A model generated the notes under the pieces. It had not been told where the DNA came from. It ran no database searches and saw only the letters and a program-made list of their open reading frames with translations. 52,489 bases of DNA. Source: a virus (Duplodnaviria > Caudoviricetes). The position numbers and the translations under genes were made by a program. Where the stretch lies: IMG/VR virus record IMGVR_UViG_3300032242_002525, positions 1 to 52,489 of that record; one strand, 5' to 3'. Positions 29,349 to 38,753 of this stretch are shown here, piece by piece; position 1 is the stretch's first letter; each line of letters begins with the position of its first letter.

Positions 29349-29361
29349 GTATCTTTACTAT

Positions 29362-29892
29362 ATGAGTTTAAGAGAAGCAACCGCAGAATTACACAGCAAG
29401 GCTGAAAAAATGACCTTTAATCAAAGAATGTTTAGAGGTGAATTATCTAATCTAGAATATGTAAATTATCTACTTCAACAAATGACTATTTTTGATCAAT
29501 TTGAAACTAGAGATTTGGTTATCAAAGGATTAGATAGAAAAGAAAAAGTAATAGAAGATATTTTAGAATTAAATAATGGTATACTTTTAGAAGAAAATAA
29601 AATTTGTCCTGCTACAGTATACTATGCCACTTATTTAAAAAATTTAAACGATGTTGATATTTTACCACATGTTTATTTAAATTATTTAGCATTGGCTTAT
29701 GGTGGACAAATGATGAAAAAAGTAACACCTGGTAGCGGTAAAATGTATGATTTTGATAACATGCAAGAATTAGTTGGTAGTATTCGTGCAATTCAAAAAG
29801 ACGAATGGGCTAATGAAGTTAATAAAGGTTTTCAATTCTTAATTACAATATTTGATGAATTACAAAGAGACTCTGAACTTAGTAGCAAATAA
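29362..29892 (+). CDS. Heme oxygenase (biliverdin-producing)
   Basis: LREATAELHSKAE with the proximal His, Y..YL.Q, distal helix HVYLNYLALAYGGQMMKK, and E.NKGF. Confidence 0.9.
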   Translation: MSLREATAELHSKAEKMTFNQRMFRGELSNLEYVNYLLQQMTIFDQFETRDLVIKGLDRKEKVIEDILELNNGILLEENKICPATVYYATYLKNLNDVDILPHVYLNYLALAYGGQMMKKVTPGSGKMYDFDNMQELVGSIRAIQKDEWANEVNKGFQFLITIFDELQRDSELSSK

Positions 29893-30487
29893 ATTTGAAA
29901 AAATTATTTTAGAAGAAACTAACGGAACAATTATTCCTACGGAAGATTTTGGTTGGGATAATCGTAGGTTTATTTCTGATGTTTTTAGAATTGCACATAT
30001 TGAAAGATATAGTGACAACAATTTAGAAGTTTTACACTTTACATGTTTTCCTAGTAATGTAAATCCGGAACCAATTTTTGGTTTTGATATTATTACAACA
30101 CCTAATAAATGTTTAGCAGCATTTTTAGATTGGAGCCCTGTGATTAGTAATGATACATATGTTTCACCTTACGATTTTAAAACACCATATAAATTACCTG
30201 AATGGGCAAAAGAAATCTTTTCAAAAGATGCTATTGCTATTGTTCCTAATGATGAAGAGTTTGATATTATTGCTAATATAGCTATTAGATGTTTTGAAAG
30301 TTATATTGAATTATTATCTAGTGCGGAACAATTCCCACATTTAGCAAATGATATTAAAAATTCACAAAATAGATATTGTGAAAATCAACAAAAGAATGAA
30401 AGAACATACAATGTCTTAAAAGCTAAACTTGGAGAAGCTAAAGCTAAAGAATTTATGACTTCCATTCTTTTCCCAATGATATATTAA
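29855..30487 (+). CDS. Ferredoxin-dependent bilin reductase, PcyA/PcyX-like
   Basis: FRIAHIE, LEVLH..FP, PIFGFDI, AAFLDWSP, LPEWA.EIFS and QNRYCENQQKNERT..VL....GE..A..FM...LF align with PcyA; overlaps the heme oxygenase stop. Confidence 0.88.
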   Translation: MNYKETLNLVANKFEKIILEETNGTIIPTEDFGWDNRRFISDVFRIAHIERYSDNNLEVLHFTCFPSNVNPEPIFGFDIITTPNKCLAAFLDWSPVISNDTYVSPYDFKTPYKLPEWAKEIFSKDAIAIVPNDEEFDIIANIAIRCFESYIELLSSAEQFPHLANDIKNSQNRYCENQQKNERTYNVLKAKLGEAKAKEFMTSILFPMIY

Positions 30488-33381
30488 ATTTCTACAGCAT
30501 GAAACGCATAATCGTGTCCGTTATTTTCAATAATCTCTTCTTCATTACTTACGGTACTATTTTCTTGTAATGCCACAACCTTTCTATTATGTTCAACCCA
30601 AAATTGATCAACTAGTTCAAGGCTATTTTCAACATACATAAAGAACGGATCACGTTGAACACGATTCCAAAATAATACTTCACTATCGGATAATGTCATA
30701 ACTTCATCAAACTTATCTTGTCCATCTTCTTTTAATGGATAACCATTTACCAATTCACATTGTATTTTAGTAAAGAACTGTCTATCAGCAGGATTATCAA
30801 TAATGATATCATTTCTAATTTCAGGTTTAAATACAACTAACAATGGTTCAACACGTTTATTAAAAATACTTAAATAACGAGGTACGTTATAATCACCTGT
30901 TAAATCAGGATTTGCTTGTAATTCTTTTTCAGAAATCATATAACAATTAATTTCTATAAAATCATTAGGCATTTCAACACCATGTTTTTCAAGGTATTCT
31001 TCTTTTTGTTTCTTAGTTGGTTTTGTTATTTTTTGTACGTCACCAGAAGTTTTTTTAGTTCCATTGTTTATATAATAAATTGTTTCACCTAAAGACACCG
31101 GTTGTTCACTATTTAAAACCAATTCCATGTGTGCTTGACGCGACATTAATGAACCAGATTTAGTTGTTTTCTTAATATACTTTTTATATTCTTCAATGCT
31201 TTGTTTAATACGTGCTTTATTTGCAATTTTAGCTAAAGGAATTTCTTTATTATAAATCTTATTAACATATTCATAATATTTCTCAATGAAAGAAACACCA
31301 TCACCATTTAACAAATATTTTAAACCCTCATCTAAGAATTCCACAATATATTGTTGCAATTTTTTAGATTTAATTGTGTTACCCGTTAATTTAATTTTCT
31401 CTTTACCTTTCTTCATCATCTTAATGATATAGTTTTTACGTGAAACATTAATACATGCAGGTGCAACATAGTCAATATCTAATCCCATTTCATTTCGCAT
31501 AAAGATATCGTTGAACTCAGCTGTATCAGCTTCAATACCTGTATATTCTTCACCTTCAATAGATAATTCATTTAATCCTTTACCAACATATTTGTGTTCA
31601 TTGATTGTTTCAGGTGTTTCAAAGTTAACACCATCAGTATCCATTACTAGAGGTTTATAACCTTTCTTCATAAAAAACATAATCATCATACGTAAACATT
31701 GACGACCAGTACATGTAATAGTTTCACCCATATTCATATCACCCCATGGGAATACGTGTGGTGCAGATAAACTACCAAAATAAGCGTTAATAAAAATCTT
31801 AATTGGTAACTGCTTACGATCATACATTTCTGATTGTATAGGATCACTTTTTGCTAGTTCAGCCGTAAGTCTTTTATATTTAATACGAATGTTACGGAAA
31901 TATTTTAACATTGATTTTTGTACCCCCATTATATCACATTCTGGGAAAACATCATACATAAGTTGTATTGATGGATAAAGTGAAGCATAGTCAAATTTAA
32001 CAATGTTCTTTGAATAACCTACATTAAGTAATCTTGATAAACCACCTGTAATAGCACGTTTTTCATCTTTAGCAGGAATAGCCAAACCATTTTCATAAGA
32101 CCACGCTAACATTATAATTTTCCATAATGTAGCTGTACCCATAGTAGCGATTCTTTCATATGTGGTAGGTACCAATTTAGAAAGTAAAAAAGTTGATTGT
32201 GAAAAACTATCATCAACAATCATTGTTTCGTACAAGTCATCATCTAGATATTGTTCAACAATTTTACTACCGCTCCATACATCAAATTTACCTGGATACT
32301 TTATTAATAAATCTTCTGTACCAGGTTCACCAACTTTTTTATAATTACCCGTTTTAGGATTAATATAATGTGGTGCATCTTCCAAATATATTTTAGAAAT
32401 TTGCCCACCATCAACATACACACGATTTGGTTTTTCTTTCTCCAAATATTTTGTGATATATTTTAAGCCCCACGATTTGATTTCACTGTTGATTGCTTGC
32501 GCTCTACGAACAGAATGCGCAATGTCCACAATGTTAAATCCCCAAATGACATGCTGTTTGTATGGTTCAACTTCATTAGCAAGTTTAAGCATACCTTCTT
32601 TTTCTGTAATACCTTCATTTGATAAAATTTTAGTAAGTCCTTGTGTATCAACACCTAATATTTCAGCTCGTCTTAATATAAATGGCCAGTCAAAAGATGC
32701 TGAGTTATATCCACCAATAATAGTTGGCATTGTTTCTCTAATTGATTCAAAAAATTCTTCAATACATCTTTTCTCACCATCTTCACCAAATGCTGAAAAC
32801 GTTTTATTTAAACCTTTATTATCCTTAACACCAATAAGAATTATCACATCAGTTTCAGGACTTAAACCTGTTGTCTCAATGTCGAATACAAATCTATGTA
32901 CTCCTGAATAATCATCAATACCTTTAAATAATCTTTTTCTTTTATCTATAAGGTATTGTTCAACAGGTGATAATACTGAAAAATATTGTCTATATCCTTC
33001 TGTCCATGGATCAATACCACCTTCTCTAAAAAAACTTGTAAGATTGGTATAAGATTTAATACTTTTTACTAAAAACTTTAAACCATCTTCAAGACGTTCA
33101 TTACCACCTGTATTTAATTTTTCAATTAAAATACCGTGCTTCTGCATAGCTTTTTTCTGTGCAGATTTAGAATTTTGATAGAAATTTAATCCTGTTAAAT
33201 CACCTACCCATAAGAATGGACTAAAGGTATCTTGTTTAACTATTTTACCTTCAATAGGATCTTGGATTATTTTATAGATAACATTTTTGCGATAATCGTA
33301 TTCAACACCTACGATATACTCTTCCGGATCACCTCCGTTAAGGAAATTTTCAATAACTTCCTGAGAAATTACTTCTTTCAT
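30484..33381 (-). CDS. Family B DNA polymerase with 3'-5' exonuclease
   Basis: Exo motifs FDIETTG, YNSASFDWPF and YLDDD; polymerase motifs FDYASLYPS, KIFINAYFG, DTDG and KNY. Confidence 0.95.
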   Translation of the reverse strand: MKEVISQEVIENFLNGGDPEEYIVGVEYDYRKNVIYKIIQDPIEGKIVKQDTFSPFLWVGDLTGLNFYQNSKSAQKKAMQKHGILIEKLNTGGNERLEDGLKFLVKSIKSYTNLTSFFREGGIDPWTEGYRQYFSVLSPVEQYLIDKRKRLFKGIDDYSGVHRFVFDIETTGLSPETDVIILIGVKDNKGLNKTFSAFGEDGEKRCIEEFFESIRETMPTIIGGYNSASFDWPFILRRAEILGVDTQGLTKILSNEGITEKEGMLKLANEVEPYKQHVIWGFNIVDIAHSVRRAQAINSEIKSWGLKYITKYLEKEKPNRVYVDGGQISKIYLEDAPHYINPKTGNYKKVGEPGTEDLLIKYPGKFDVWSGSKIVEQYLDDDLYETMIVDDSFSQSTFLLSKLVPTTYERIATMGTATLWKIIMLAWSYENGLAIPAKDEKRAITGGLSRLLNVGYSKNIVKFDYASLYPSIQLMYDVFPECDIMGVQKSMLKYFRNIRIKYKRLTAELAKSDPIQSEMYDRKQLPIKIFINAYFGSLSAPHVFPWGDMNMGETITCTGRQCLRMMIMFFMKKGYKPLVMDTDGVNFETPETINEHKYVGKGLNELSIEGEEYTGIEADTAEFNDIFMRNEMGLDIDYVAPACINVSRKNYIIKMMKKGKEKIKLTGNTIKSKKLQQYIVEFLDEGLKYLLNGDGVSFIEKYYEYVNKIYNKEIPLAKIANKARIKQSIEEYKKYIKKTTKSGSLMSRQAHMELVLNSEQPVSLGETIYYINNGTKKTSGDVQKITKPTKKQKEEYLEKHGVEMPNDFIEINCYMISEKELQANPDLTGDYNVPRYLSIFNKRVEPLLVVFKPEIRNDIIIDNPADRQFFTKIQCELVNGYPLKEDGQDKFDEVMTLSDSEVLFWNRVQRDPFFMYVENSLELVDQFWVEHNRKVVALQENSTVSNEEEIIENNGHDYAFHAVEI

Positions 33382-33410
33382 TATAATTTTTTTAAATATG
33401 ACGTATTAGC

Positions 33411-33428
33411 TTGTGGGTTATTCCACAA
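33411..33428 (-). promoter_or_regulatory. Leader hairpin of polB (candidate autogenous translational operator)
   Basis: mRNA UUGUGG-AAUAAC-CCACAA, 29 nt upstream of the AUG, with no U-tract after it. Confidence 0.5.
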
Positions 33429-33471
33429 TTTGCCTTGTTTACATTTATAATTATACGGAAAAAAGCTGAGA

Positions 33472-33828
33472 TTACGAAATTACGTTGATAAATAATTTTT
33501 CGGCAAGTGGAACAATAAGAACATTACCATCATTGAATGTAATGGTTATTTTGCCTTCATACCTACCAACAACTGATGTATCATCTGTAGTAAATCTATA
33601 AACGATATAATATTCATTAGAAGTGTAATTAAATTTGGTTGTTCTAGTTGTAACTGTACAAGGTTGATTTAAAACCGCATATTCATTATTTTTAATATCA
33701 AACATATCAAAAACAATATTTGCACTTTCAAGCATGTCATTAATTGATGATTTATCGTTTTTACCGTCATCTATTAACCTCATCTTTAATATTGGGTCAG
33801 TTGCACCTTGTCTTATAAAAAATTCCAT
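33472..33828 (-). CDS. BppU-N-like baseplate/fibre attachment protein
   Basis: FFIRQG.T.P.L..., VYRFT..DT...G.YEG.I.ITF.DG..L.VP pattern. Confidence 0.7.
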   Translation of the reverse strand: MEFFIRQGATDPILKMRLIDDGKNDKSSINDMLESANIVFDMFDIKNNEYAVLNQPCTVTTRTTKFNYTSNEYYIVYRFTTDDTSVVGRYEGKITITFNDGNVLIVPLAEKLFINVIS

Positions 33829-33829
33829 A

Positions 33830-36229
33830 TTAATATAATCTTTCTATTGAAATAAAGTTATTGTTGTAAGCACCGCCAATTATCAGTGTAATACGATATA
33901 CTTTGCTGTAATTATAATTTAGTGTATAAATTGAGGTGTCACCTTCACTTGAAAATTGCCAGTTAAAAATTGAAGTACTTGAAGATGTTGTTAATGAAAA
34001 TCCAGCAGATGATCCGCCGTAACCACCTCCATAAGCATTATAATTACCAGCTATATAACAACTTGTTGTTCCTGATACTGATGCTAAGCTCAATCCACGA
34101 TTTGCACTTGTTGTTACTGTTGCTTTGATGTTATCCAATGTTACAAATGTTCCTGCGTTTACAAATCCACTTGTTTTCCATAATAATTCACCACCAACAT
34201 TATTAGGTGCTTTGGATAAATCAAGATAAACACCCCTACTATTACCACCACCTTCAAACATTCTCAATCTATCTTGATAAACATCCACCACAACAAAACT
34301 ACCCGTCAATGTACTACCTGATTTTGCGTATGCTAAATCTAATTCACCACCTTCATATCCTCCTTGCGCACTAATAACTACCGAACCACTTAATGTGGTT
34401 GGACCTTTGATATCCATATTCCCACCAACATTCAAATCACCCGTTGAAGTTACACCGCTAACAATCGTCAATACCGATGTACCGCTAGTTCCCGAAGTTC
34501 CAGAAGTACCTGACCATCCATTTATTTGTTTAATATCAACATAACACATTGCAGTTTGTAAACCACCTGTTGAATTACTAAAATCACATTTAAGTGCAAC
34601 TTGGGTAGTTTCTGTTGTGGTAATAATTGTATCCGCAACTGGTTGCCAAGCCGCGGGTGCGATACTTGAAACTATTAATAAACCACCTGTATTACTTATT
34701 TGGTTATTTCCGCTAGTTACATTAATCCAATAATAATTTAATTCACTATTACTAGAACTATTTGCAAGTGCGAACGATGCATTCAAATTATATGTTTTAT
34801 TCGCGGCAAGTGTAAAAATACCAGTACTACTATTATATGAAATTGAACCGTTACTTGTTGTTGTACCTGATAAAATAAATTTATTACCTGTAGTTGGTAC
34901 TGTCGTTGTTGTTGGCCTAAAATATAACCAATCGTTATCAACATAACCTGATGTACCACTTGTACCTGCACTACCTGATGTACCACTTGATCCAGAAGAA
35001 CCATTCGTACCAGAAGAGCCAGAAATACCAGCTTGTCCATCATTACCTTTTGATACAAATAAATTCCATCTTATAGAATCACCATCAGGACTACTTCCTG
35101 AATTACCATCACCTATTTTAATGTAATTACTACCATCATATGAAACAATATCAACATTTGAAATATAATATCCTGATGGATTCCATGGGCCTTGCCACAT
35201 AAAACCACTACCTGAACTTCCTGAAGAACCACTAGTACCAGCAACACCACTTGTTCCTGATGAACCAGAAGTACTCATACTCCAAGTTAAATTACCAAAA
35301 CCATCTGTAACAATTGTTTGCCCCGCACTACCATCACTTGATGGCAATGTGTAATTATCAGTACCAATTGTTCCAATAACTTTAATATCATTATCAAAAA
35401 TAACACTTCCACTTATTTCAACAGTATATCCTGATGTCGGTATTGTATTTGCTGTGTTATTGAATTTATCTGTATTAATACCAATAGTTCCGTCGTTATA
35501 AATTGAAATTGAAGATGAATTCCATAAATTACCACCAAATATATGCACATGACCATGATTACCTGTACCTATTGAACCGATATACATGTCATTTGATTGG
35601 TTAAATAAATAACCATCACCACCATAACCAACTTGTCCACCGGTATAATTTGATGAGTTTATACCCAAATCAACAAATGATGAACTTTCTGTTGCAACAT
35701 CATTCCAAAGTACTAAATCAGCTGATGAATTAGAACCACTTCCGTAGTTTTTAATGTTTACCTCAGCATATGTATCCTGTTGTGTTGTTTGAAATGTCGC
35801 AATATTGAATGATCCACTAGCATCAACTATAAATCTTTCAGGAAAATAAGAATTAACAACTGAATTACCAACTGATACTGTAAAACCTGAATTTGTTATA
35901 TGTAATAAATCTGATCCGCTAACATAGTTAGATCCTGAAAAATATGCGAATTGTAAATTACTACCACTAATATGTGCATTTGGGCTAGTACCTGATGTAC
36001 CTGAAGAACCCGCTTGACCTGTTACACCACTTGTTCCTGATGTACCACTACTACCTGAAGTTCCTGCTGAACCCGCAGAACCAGCATTACCAGTAAAACC
36101 AGATGTTATTACTGTTTTTAAATCATGTAAAGTTACATTATATGTTGTATTACCATCATCATAAATTGTTTTACCTGTTAAACTAGGATATGGTAGATTT
36201 GGTAATTGAGAGATTCTTCTTAGTGCCAT
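33830..36229 (-). CDS. Mosaic tail fibre / receptor-binding protein with G-[S/T]-S triplet repeats
   Basis: RISQLP anchor, four GSS/GTS triplet blocks, a WQGPW..Y...D.V.Y.GS.Y module, a C1q-like segment and a C-terminal beta domain. Confidence 0.75.
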   Translation of the reverse strand: MALRRISQLPNLPYPSLTGKTIYDDGNTTYNVTLHDLKTVITSGFTGNAGSAGSAGTSGSSGTSGTSGVTGQAGSSGTSGTSPNAHISGSNLQFAYFSGSNYVSGSDLLHITNSGFTVSVGNSVVNSYFPERFIVDASGSFNIATFQTTQQDTYAEVNIKNYGSGSNSSADLVLWNDVATESSSFVDLGINSSNYTGGQVGYGGDGYLFNQSNDMYIGSIGTGNHGHVHIFGGNLWNSSSISIYNDGTIGINTDKFNNTANTIPTSGYTVEISGSVIFDNDIKVIGTIGTDNYTLPSSDGSAGQTIVTDGFGNLTWSMSTSGSSGTSGVAGTSGSSGSSGSGFMWQGPWNPSGYYISNVDIVSYDGSNYIKIGDGNSGSSPDGDSIRWNLFVSKGNDGQAGISGSSGTNGSSGSSGTSGSAGTSGTSGYVDNDWLYFRPTTTTVPTTGNKFILSGTTTSNGSISYNSSTGIFTLAANKTYNLNASFALANSSSNSELNYYWINVTSGNNQISNTGGLLIVSSIAPAAWQPVADTIITTTETTQVALKCDFSNSTGGLQTAMCYVDIKQINGWSGTSGTSGTSGTSVLTIVSGVTSTGDLNVGGNMDIKGPTTLSGSVVISAQGGYEGGELDLAYAKSGSTLTGSFVVVDVYQDRLRMFEGGGNSRGVYLDLSKAPNNVGGELLWKTSGFVNAGTFVTLDNIKATVTTSANRGLSLASVSGTTSCYIAGNYNAYGGGYGGSSAGFSLTTSSSTSIFNWQFSSEGDTSIYTLNYNYSKVYRITLIIGGAYNNNFISIERLY
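34475..36091 (-). repeat. Four blocks of degenerate 9-bp (Gly-Ser/Thr-Ser) repeats in the fibre gene
   Basis: Blocks at approximately 35983-36091, 35204-35275, 34947-35030 and 34475-34514 encode (GSS/GTS/GSA)n. Confidence 0.85.
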
Positions 36230-36241
36230 TTACATAAATAT

Positions 36242-37435
36242 TTAAAATGTTAGTATACTTCCATTATCAACAAGGATAAATGAATTGTTATCTTGTATTA
36301 TTGCGTTATTTGAATATATTGATACATTAGTTGTACATGGATCATAGCATTCTGTAATATTATTATTAGGTTTTATAACAGATTTATAATGTTGATTTAT
36401 CTGTGGAAATGATAACGGTTGTTCATAATATTCAATACTTTTTAACTCAAATAATGTGTCATTAATGTGTAAATTATTCGACCCTGTTGTACCTCCACCC
36501 CAAATTTGAACCATTTGATTTACAGAACTTCTTTGAGAAGGGATAATTTCTTCCCAATCATCTAATTTATATATTCTCTCACCGTTTAGATAAATCTTAA
36601 GTGTACCTAATCTTTTTTCTTGGCTTGCAGCCCATTTTTTATTTAATTCCTCAACATATGTGTATTGCGTGTCACCTGTAAGCCAATTTAATGAACCGGT
36701 TGTCATTGTGTAACCTGTTGCAATTAAATCAGCATGTCCAATAACTGAACCTGATAGAAAACCTGTTGTATCACCACTAGGTAAAAAAACGGGATCATAT
36801 GTTATTGGAACTAAATGTGGACCTTGTATCATATCATTTGAACCACCTTCATTTTCAATTTGACAATTGTGTAAAAAATAGTTTCTTTCAAATGAAATTG
36901 TTAAATAGAAATCAGCACTAGTACCATTTGTACATAGTTGTTCTGTTTGACCTGAAGAAATATAATAACTTGATGTATAACCTGATGATGGGTCGCAAGA
37001 ACCTGAATATCTATTGCTTACCCATTTAACACAACCGTCATTTGTAAATTGAAAGGATAAATTATTGTCTATATAATTCAATGGGTCAGTTTCGTCACTA
37101 ATACCCCAATAATAAAAAGTGTTAGCATCACTCCAATTATGTCCTTGTTTATTAAATACAAATCCTGCTGTCCAACCTTTTTCAGTTCTTTTTCTTATAT
37201 TAAAATCACAATCACCATATGTGTTACCTGTATTTATAACAAATGTTGTTGGAGTCACTAAACTACCACTACAATTACTATCAAATAAGGTATTATCATA
37301 TGTAATAACATGATTTGATAATAATTCAAGATCATAATCACCTTCATTTGAGAGTGTATAATCGTAATATTCCGAAAAATCGAGTTTTAAATCAAATTTT
37401 GGGGTACTTTTTGTTAAAATATTCTGTCCAGCCAT
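36242..37435 (-). CDS. Virion protein, LamG/concanavalin-like
   Basis: GWTAGFVF, LKIYLNGE and IEYYEQPLSF.QI; start placed at ATG 37435 (MAGQNIL), 6 nt below TATTTAT. Confidence 0.6.
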   Translation of the reverse strand: MAGQNILTKSTPKFDLKLDFSEYYDYTLSNEGDYDLELLSNHVITYDNTLFDSNCSGSLVTPTTFVINTGNTYGDCDFNIRKRTEKGWTAGFVFNKQGHNWSDANTFYYWGISDETDPLNYIDNNLSFQFTNDGCVKWVSNRYSGSCDPSSGYTSSYYISSGQTEQLCTNGTSADFYLTISFERNYFLHNCQIENEGGSNDMIQGPHLVPITYDPVFLPSGDTTGFLSGSVIGHADLIATGYTMTTGSLNWLTGDTQYTYVEELNKKWAASQEKRLGTLKIYLNGERIYKLDDWEEIIPSQRSSVNQMVQIWGGGTTGSNNLHINDTLFELKSIEYYEQPLSFPQINQHYKSVIKPNNNITECYDPCTTNVSIYSNNAIIQDNNSFILVDNGSILTF

Positions 37436-37440
37436 ATTTG

Positions 37441-37473
37441 TATAAATATCTTTCATATCATTTGATATTTATA
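37441..37473. promoter_or_regulatory. Back-to-back late promoter motifs
   Basis: TATAAATATC..GATATTTATA forms a 10-bp inverted repeat between divergent genes. Confidence 0.6.
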
Positions 37474-37488
37474 TAAAAAGTGTTTTTA

Positions 37489-38268
37489 ATGGACAATTTT
37501 GTAAAACAGGTTATTGAAGAGAAATTTGCGTCAAAAGCGCAACAAAGATTTTTCTATGCTAAAGCCAAAGGTGGTAAAAATAAGAAGTGGGCTAAATGGG
37601 CTAAAGAATTTTCTGATAAAACAGACTATAGTAAAATCCCAAATAAAGTAGAAAAGGAAGAAGAAGTTGATGAAATAGTTGATGCTCAAGGTAATTTTGC
37701 ACATAGCAAAAGACCAGCTAATTTAGCAACTAAAGGAATTACATCAAATTCTACTACCGACCAAGTTGTTAGAACAGGTGCTGGTGAAATGGGTATTCAT
37801 GGTGTTCACGGTACACACACATCATTAAGGTATTGGGCTGAAGGTAAAGTAATATCTAAAGGTGAAATCATGGAAATTGCTATGGATGATGCTTTGGGTT
37901 ACGAAGAAACATTAGGTGATGATGAGAGTTTTAAAAAAGCTTACAAGCATTTTACTAAAGATTTAAAATTATCAGATGAAGAAGCAATGGATAGATTAAA
38001 GCAAATGGGTTACGATCCTGAGCTTCCGGGTGATATGGTTAGATTGATTGAAAATCCAATGAAATTCATGGAAGAATATATTGAAGATATTTTAGCTAAA
38101 AAGAAGCGTAAAGATTCTGATATTGTTAGCCGTAATGAAGAACCAATGGAGAAAAAAGAAATTAACCCAATAGTTAGAAGACAATTAATGTCATTAAAGG
38201 ATAGTTTGAAAAGCCATGGTTTATCTTCAAAAGATGTTTTGGAGTACCTAGAAGGAGAAGATGAATAA
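37489..38268 (+). CDS. Hypothetical protein, probable internal head protein
   Basis: Charged protein with N-terminal FASKAQQRFFYA..KWAKEF motif and several (L/I)xE sites; ATG 37489 preferred over GTG 37480. Confidence 0.65.
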   Translation: MDNFVKQVIEEKFASKAQQRFFYAKAKGGKNKKWAKWAKEFSDKTDYSKIPNKVEKEEEVDEIVDAQGNFAHSKRPANLATKGITSNSTTDQVVRTGAGEMGIHGVHGTHTSLRYWAEGKVISKGEIMEIAMDDALGYEETLGDDESFKKAYKHFTKDLKLSDEEAMDRLKQMGYDPELPGDMVRLIENPMKFMEEYIEDILAKKKRKDSDIVSRNEEPMEKKEINPIVRRQLMSLKDSLKSHGLSSKDVLEYLEGEDE

Positions 38269-38752
38269 GGAATTAAAAGATAGAATATTTGATGTTCCTG
38301 AACACGTTTTGGAAAAAATAAGTCATACTGTTATGCACTTAAATGGAAAATACGTACATGGTAAAGATAGAGCTGAAAAATTATTAAAGGATAGAAAGGT
38401 TAAATACGGTCAATTAAAAAGAATCATTCATGATTTAAGTACAATTGATAAGGTTAGGGATCAAGTTAGATATAATTTATATGGTGGTGAGGTCATGGAA
38501 AAATGGGCTAACACTTATTTACAAGGTGAAAGGGATTTAGTTAGTAATAAAAAAGATTCTAAAATGAGAGCTGATAATATAGCGGGTGCAGGTGGTAGAA
38601 GTAATTCTCATTTAAAATCACATTCAAAAAAATTTAGCTTTGTTCCTAAATTAAATTTCATGAAAAGTAATTCACATAAGAATACCGCATCTGCAATGTC
38701 TTCTATGAAATTATTTGAGGAAATAAATAAAATAAAAAATTTAATGTTATAA
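38261..38752 (+). CDS. Basic hypothetical protein with terminal LFEEINKIKNLM helix
   Basis: 163-aa Lys/His-rich ORF overlapping the upstream stop. Confidence 0.7.
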   Translation: MNKELKDRIFDVPEHVLEKISHTVMHLNGKYVHGKDRAEKLLKDRKVKYGQLKRIIHDLSTIDKVRDQVRYNLYGGEVMEKWANTYLQGERDLVSNKKDSKMRADNIAGAGGRSNSHLKSHSKKFSFVPKLNFMKSNSHKNTASAMSSMKLFEEINKIKNLML

Positions 38753-38753
38753 T

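Noticed and set aside
29362-30487. Classification as a cyanophage on the basis of heme oxygenase + pcyA-like genes
   Set aside because: There are no psbA/hli/petF/cpeT genes in the window, the late motif is TATTTAT rather than TATAAATA on the sense strand, and leaders look Bacteroidota-like. It cannot be fully excluded without the rest of the genome.
30484-33381. Intein, intron or homing endonuclease in polB, dnaB or nrdB
   Set aside because: Catalytic motifs are at ordinary spacing, and I saw no C..HN splice junctions, LAGLIDADG/HNH motifs or split ORFs.
26266-33381. Eukaryotic giant virus origin suggested by polB and SNF2
   Set aside because: Sheath, tube, neck and baseplate genes, a sigma factor, overlapping operons and intrinsic terminators indicate a tailed bacteriophage.
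33418-33427. DnaA box (TTATTCCACA)
   Set aside because: It has an extra base relative to TTATCCACA, is a single copy, and is better explained as part of the polB leader hairpin.
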